Below are positions 21,596 to 24,976 of a DNA stretch of 24,976 bases, one piece after another (positions within the stretch are counted from its first letter, which is position 1; each line of letters opens with the position of its first letter). The DNA comes from a virus (taxonomy: Duplodnaviria > Heunggongvirae > Uroviricota > Caudoviricetes): the IMG/VR virus record IMGVR_UViG_2526164661_000007; one strand, 5' to 3'. The translations under genes were made by a program, and so were the position numbers. The notes below the pieces were generated by a model. The model had not been told where the DNA came from and did no database searches. It was given only the letters and a program-made list of their open reading frames with translations.

Positions 21596-22293
21596 TGCAG
21601 GATATCCGGCAGGAAACACTGAATGAATGCACCCGTGCGGAGCAGTCGGCCAGCGTGGTGCTCTGGGAAATCGACCTGACAGAGGTCGGTGGAGAACGTT
21701 ATTTTTTCTGTAATGAGCAGAACGAAAAAGGTGAGCCGGTCACCTGGCAGGGGCGACAGTATCAGCCGTATCCCATTCAGGGGAGCGGTTTTGAACTGAA
21801 TGGCAAAGACACCAGTACGCGCCCCACGCTGACGGTTTCTAACCTGTACGGTATGGTCACCGGGATGGCGGAAGATCTGCAGAGTCTGGTCGGCGGAACG
21901 GTGGTCCGGCGTAAGGTTTACGCCCGTTTTCTGGATGCGGTGAACTTCGTCAACGGAAACAGTGACGCCGATCCGGAGCAGGAGGTGATCAGCCGCTGGC
22001 GCATCGAGCAGTGCAGCGAACTGAGCGCGGTGAGTGCCTCCTTTGTACTGTCCACGCCGACGGAAACGGATGGCGCTGTTTTTCCGGGACGTATCATGCT
22101 GGCCAACACCTGCACCTGGACCTATCGCGGTGACGAGTGCGGTTATAGCGGTCCGGCTGTCGCGGATGAATATGACCAGCCGACGTCCGATATCACGAAG
22201 GATAAATGCAGCAAATGCCTGAGTGGCTGTAAGTTCCGCAATAACGTCGGCAACTTTGGCGGCTTCCTTTCCATTAACAAACTTTCGCAGTAA
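21595..22293 (+). CDS. L: Tail tip protein L
   Basis: 232 aa; C-terminal Cys cluster (CTWTYRGDECGY...CSKCLSGC). Confidence 0.9.
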   Translation: MQDIRQETLNECTRAEQSASVVLWEIDLTEVGGERYFFCNEQNEKGEPVTWQGRQYQPYPIQGSGFELNGKDTSTRPTLTVSNLYGMVTGMAEDLQSLVGGTVVRRKVYARFLDAVNFVNGNSDADPEQEVISRWRIEQCSELSAVSASFVLSTPTETDGAVFPGRIMLANTCTWTYRGDECGYSGPAVADEYDQPTSDITKDKCSKCLSGCKFRNNVGNFGGFLSINKLSQ

Positions 22294-22297
22294 TCCC

Positions 22298-23041
22298 ATG
22301 ACAGAGACAGAATCAGCGATTCTGGCGCACGCCCGGCGATGTGCGCCAGCGGAGTCGTGCGGCTTCGTGGTGAGAACGCCGGAGGGGGAAAGATATTTTC
22401 CCTGCGTGAATATTTCCGGTGAGCCGGAGGATTATTTCCGGATGGCTCCGGAGGACTGGCTGCAGGCAGAAATGCAGGGTGAGATTGTGGCGCTGGTCCA
22501 CAGCCACCCCGGTGGTCTGCCCTGGCTGAGTGAGGCTGACCGGCGGCTGCAGGTGCAGAGTTATTTGCCGTGGTTGCTGGTCTGCCGGGGGGCGATTCAT
22601 AAGTTCCGCTGTGTGCCGCATCTCACCGGGCGGCGCTTTGAGCACGGGGTGACGGACTGTTACACGCTGTTCCGGGATGCTTATCATCTGGCGGGGATTG
22701 AGATGCCGAATTTTCATCGCGGGGATGACTGGTGGCGTCACGGCCAGAATCTCTATCTGGATAATCTGGAGGCCACAGGGCTGTATCAGGTGCCGTTGTC
22801 ATCAGCACAACCGGGCGATGTGCTGCTGTGCTGTTTTGGTTCATCGGTGCCGAATCATGCCGCCATTTACTGTGGTGACGGCGAGCTGCTGCACCATATT
22901 CCTGAACAACTGAGCAAACGAGAGAGGTATACCGACAAATGGCAGCGACGCACACACTCCCTCTGGCGTCACCGGGCATGGCGCGCATCTGCCTTTACGG
23001 GGATTTACAACGATTTGGCCGCCGCATCGACCTTCGTGTGA
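22298..23041 (+). CDS. K: Tail tip assembly protein K (MPN/JAMM plus NlpC/P60 domains); start ambiguous (22298 or 22442)
   Basis: Frame is open from the first ATG at 22298 to 23041 (247 aa); HSHPGGLPWLSEAD JAMM-like motif and Cys...His NlpC/P60-like motif; the internal ATG at 22442 would give the 199-aa form. Confidence 0.8.
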   Translation: MTETESAILAHARRCAPAESCGFVVRTPEGERYFPCVNISGEPEDYFRMAPEDWLQAEMQGEIVALVHSHPGGLPWLSEADRRLQVQSYLPWLLVCRGAIHKFRCVPHLTGRRFEHGVTDCYTLFRDAYHLAGIEMPNFHRGDDWWRHGQNLYLDNLEATGLYQVPLSSAQPGDVLLCCFGSSVPNHAAIYCGDGELLHHIPEQLSKRERYTDKWQRRTHSLWRHRAWRASAFTGIYNDLAAASTFV

Positions 23042-23610
23042 AAACGGGGGCTGAAGCCATCCGGGCGCTGGCCACACAGCTCCCGGCGTTTCGTCAGAAA
23101 CTGAGCGACGGCTGGTATCAGGTACGGATTTCCGGGCGGGACGTCAGCACGTCCGGATTGACGGCGCAGTTACATGAGGTTCTGCCTGACGGCGCTGTGA
23201 TTCATATTGTTCCCAGAGTCGCCGGGGCCAAGTCAGGGGGCGTATTCCAGATTGTTCTGGGGGCTGCCGCCATTGCCGGATCATTCTTTACTGCCGGAGC
23301 CACCCTTGCAGCATGGGGGGCAGCCATTGGGGCCGGTGGTATGACCAGTATCCTGTTTTCTCTCGGTGCCAGTATGGTACTTGGTGGTGTGGCGCAGATG
23401 CTGGCACCGAAAGCCAGGACGCCCACGGCAGCAAGTACAGATAACGGCAAACAGAACACCTATTTCTCCTCACTGGATAACATGGTTGCCCAGGGCAATG
23501 TTCTGCCCGTTCTGTACGGTGAAATGCGCGTGGGGTCGCGGGTGGTCTCTCAGGAGATCAGCACGGCAGACGAAGGGGATGGTGGTCAGGTTGTGGTGAT
23601 TGGTCGCTGA
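22939..23610 (+). CDS. I: Tail tip protein I
   Basis: 223 aa; overlaps the K 3' end in another frame, as in lambda. Confidence 0.9.
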   Translation: MAATHTLPLASPGMARICLYGDLQRFGRRIDLRVKTGAEAIRALATQLPAFRQKLSDGWYQVRISGRDVSTSGLTAQLHEVLPDGAVIHIVPRVAGAKSGGVFQIVLGAAAIAGSFFTAGATLAAWGAAIGAGGMTSILFSLGASMVLGGVAQMLAPKARTPTAASTDNGKQNTYFSSLDNMVAQGNVLPVLYGEMRVGSRVVSQEISTADEGDGGQVVVIGR

Positions 23611-23627
23611 TGAAAAACGTTTATGTG

Positions 23628-23648
23628 AAACCGCCTCCGGGCGGTTTT
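23628..23648 (+). terminator. Terminator-like hairpin in the I-J intercistronic region
   Basis: AAACCGCC-TCCG-GGCGGTTTT followed by GTCGTTTAT, between the I stop (23610) and the J start (23670). Confidence 0.35.
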
Positions 23649-23669
23649 GTCGTTTATGGAGCGTGAGGA

Positions 23670-24976
23670 ATGGGTAAAGGCAGCAGTAAGGGGCATACTC
23701 CGCGCGAAGCGAAGGACAACCTGAAGTCCACGCAGTTGCTGAGTGTGATCGATGCCATCAGCGAAGGGCCGGTTGAAGGTCCGGTGGATGGATTAAAAAG
23801 CGTGCTGCTGAACAGTACGCCAGTGCTGGACAGTGAGGGGAATACCAATATCTCCGGCGTCACGGTGGTGTTCCGGGCCGGTGAGCAGGAGCAGACACCG
23901 CCGGAGGGATTTGAATCCTCCGGCTCCGAGACGGTGCTGGGTACGGAAGTGAAATACGACACGCCGATCACCCGGACCATCACGTCGGCAAACATTGACC
24001 GACTGCGTTTTACCTTCGGCGTGCAGGCACTGGTGGAAACCACCTCAAAGGGGGACCGGAATCCGTCGGAAGTCCGCCTGCTGGTTCAGATCCAGCGTAA
24101 TGGTGGCTGGGTGACGGAAAAAGACATCACCATTAAGGGCAAAACCACCTCGCAGTATCTGGCCTCGGTGGTGGTGGGTAACCTGCCGCCGCGCCCGTTC
24201 AATATACGGATGCGCAGGATGACGCCGGACAGCACCACAGACCAGCTGCAGAACAAAACGCTCTGGTCGTCATACACCGAAATCATCGATGTGAAACAGT
24301 GCTACCCGAACACGGCACTGGTCGGCGTGCAGGTGGATTCGGAGCAGTTCGGCAGCCAGCAGGTGAGCCGTAATTATCATCTGCGCGGGCGCATTCTGCA
24401 GGTGCCGTCGAACTATAACCCGCAGACGCGGCAATACAGCGGTATCTGGGACGGAACGTTTAAGCCAGCATACAGCAACAACATGGCCTGGTGTCTGTGG
24501 GATATGCTGACCCATCCGCGCTACGGCATGGGGAAACGTCTTGGTGCGGCGGATGTGGACAAATGGGCGCTGTATGTCATCGGCCAGTACTGCGACCAGT
24601 CAGTGCCGGACGGCTTTGGCGGCACGGAGCCGCGCATCACCTGTAATGCGTACCTGACCACACAGCGCAAGGCGTGGGATGTGCTCAGTGATTTCTGCTC
24701 GGCGATGCGCTGTATGCCGGTATGGAACGGGCAGACGCTGACGTTCGTGCAGGACCGACCATCAGATAAGGTGTGGACCTATAACCGCAGTAATGTGGTG
24801 ATGCCGGATGATGGCGCGCCGTTCCGCTACAGCTTCAGCGCCCTGAAGGACCGCCATAATGCCGTTGAGGTGAACTGGATTGACCCGAACAACGGCTGGG
24901 AGACGGCGACAGAGCTTGTTGAAGATACGCAGGCCATTGCCCGTTACGGTCGTAATGTCACGAAGATGGATGCCTT
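23670..24976 (+). CDS. J: Central tail fibre / host-specificity protein J, N-terminal part (3' end outside the window)
   Basis: ATG 23670 preceded by GAGGAA; MGKGSSKGHTPREAKDNLKSTQLLSV...; frame open to the window end. Confidence 0.9.
   Translation, partial: MGKGSSKGHTPREAKDNLKSTQLLSVIDAISEGPVEGPVDGLKSVLLNSTPVLDSEGNTNISGVTVVFRAGEQEQTPPEGFESSGSETVLGTEVKYDTPITRTITSANIDRLRFTFGVQALVETTSKGDRNPSEVRLLVQIQRNGGWVTEKDITIKGKTTSQYLASVVVGNLPPRPFNIRMRRMTPDSTTDQLQNKTLWSSYTEIIDVKQCYPNTALVGVQVDSEQFGSQQVSRNYHLRGRILQVPSNYNPQTRQYSGIWDGTFKPAYSNNMAWCLWDMLTHPRYGMGKRLGAADVDKWALYVIGQYCDQSVPDGFGGTEPRITCNAYLTTQRKAWDVLSDFCSAMRCMPVWNGQTLTFVQDRPSDKVWTYNRSNVVMPDDGAPFRYSFSALKDRHNAVEVNWIDPNNGWETATELVEDTQAIARYGRNVTKMDA

Noticed and set aside
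20862-22299. Two long - strand ORFs (221 aa and 268 aa) antisense to H, M and L
   Set aside because: Same reasoning: antisense to conserved tail genes, Arg/Ser/Pro-rich low-complexity translations, no ribosome-binding sites.

Overview
This window reads as a segment of an E. coli-type lambdoid prophage, and I see no evidence in it for an undescribed multi-gene system. All calls rest on reading the ORF translations and the DNA by eye and on recall of well-known phage proteins; no searches were run. Left to right: the 3' end of an IS66-family element (1-541); a late-regulatory block on the + strand (KilA-N protein, DUF968 protein, a small Q antiterminator); an intact NmpC/Lc-type porin gene on the - strand bracketed by stem-loops; a phage-21-type lysis cassette (dual-start pinholin, SAR endolysin, Rz with embedded Rz1); bor on the - strand; a complete IS2 with a 5-bp target duplication; a small ribbon-helix-helix-like gene on the - strand; a lambda-type cos site; and then a colinear lambda-like virion module from Nu1 through the 5' part of J, with no inserted genes. 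The most checkable oddities are an apparent 1-bp loss in the IS2 insC A-run, a candidate late promoter/terminator pair between the porin gene and the holin, an IS66 terminus 12 bp upstream of the KilA-N start, and an ambiguous start for tail gene K.
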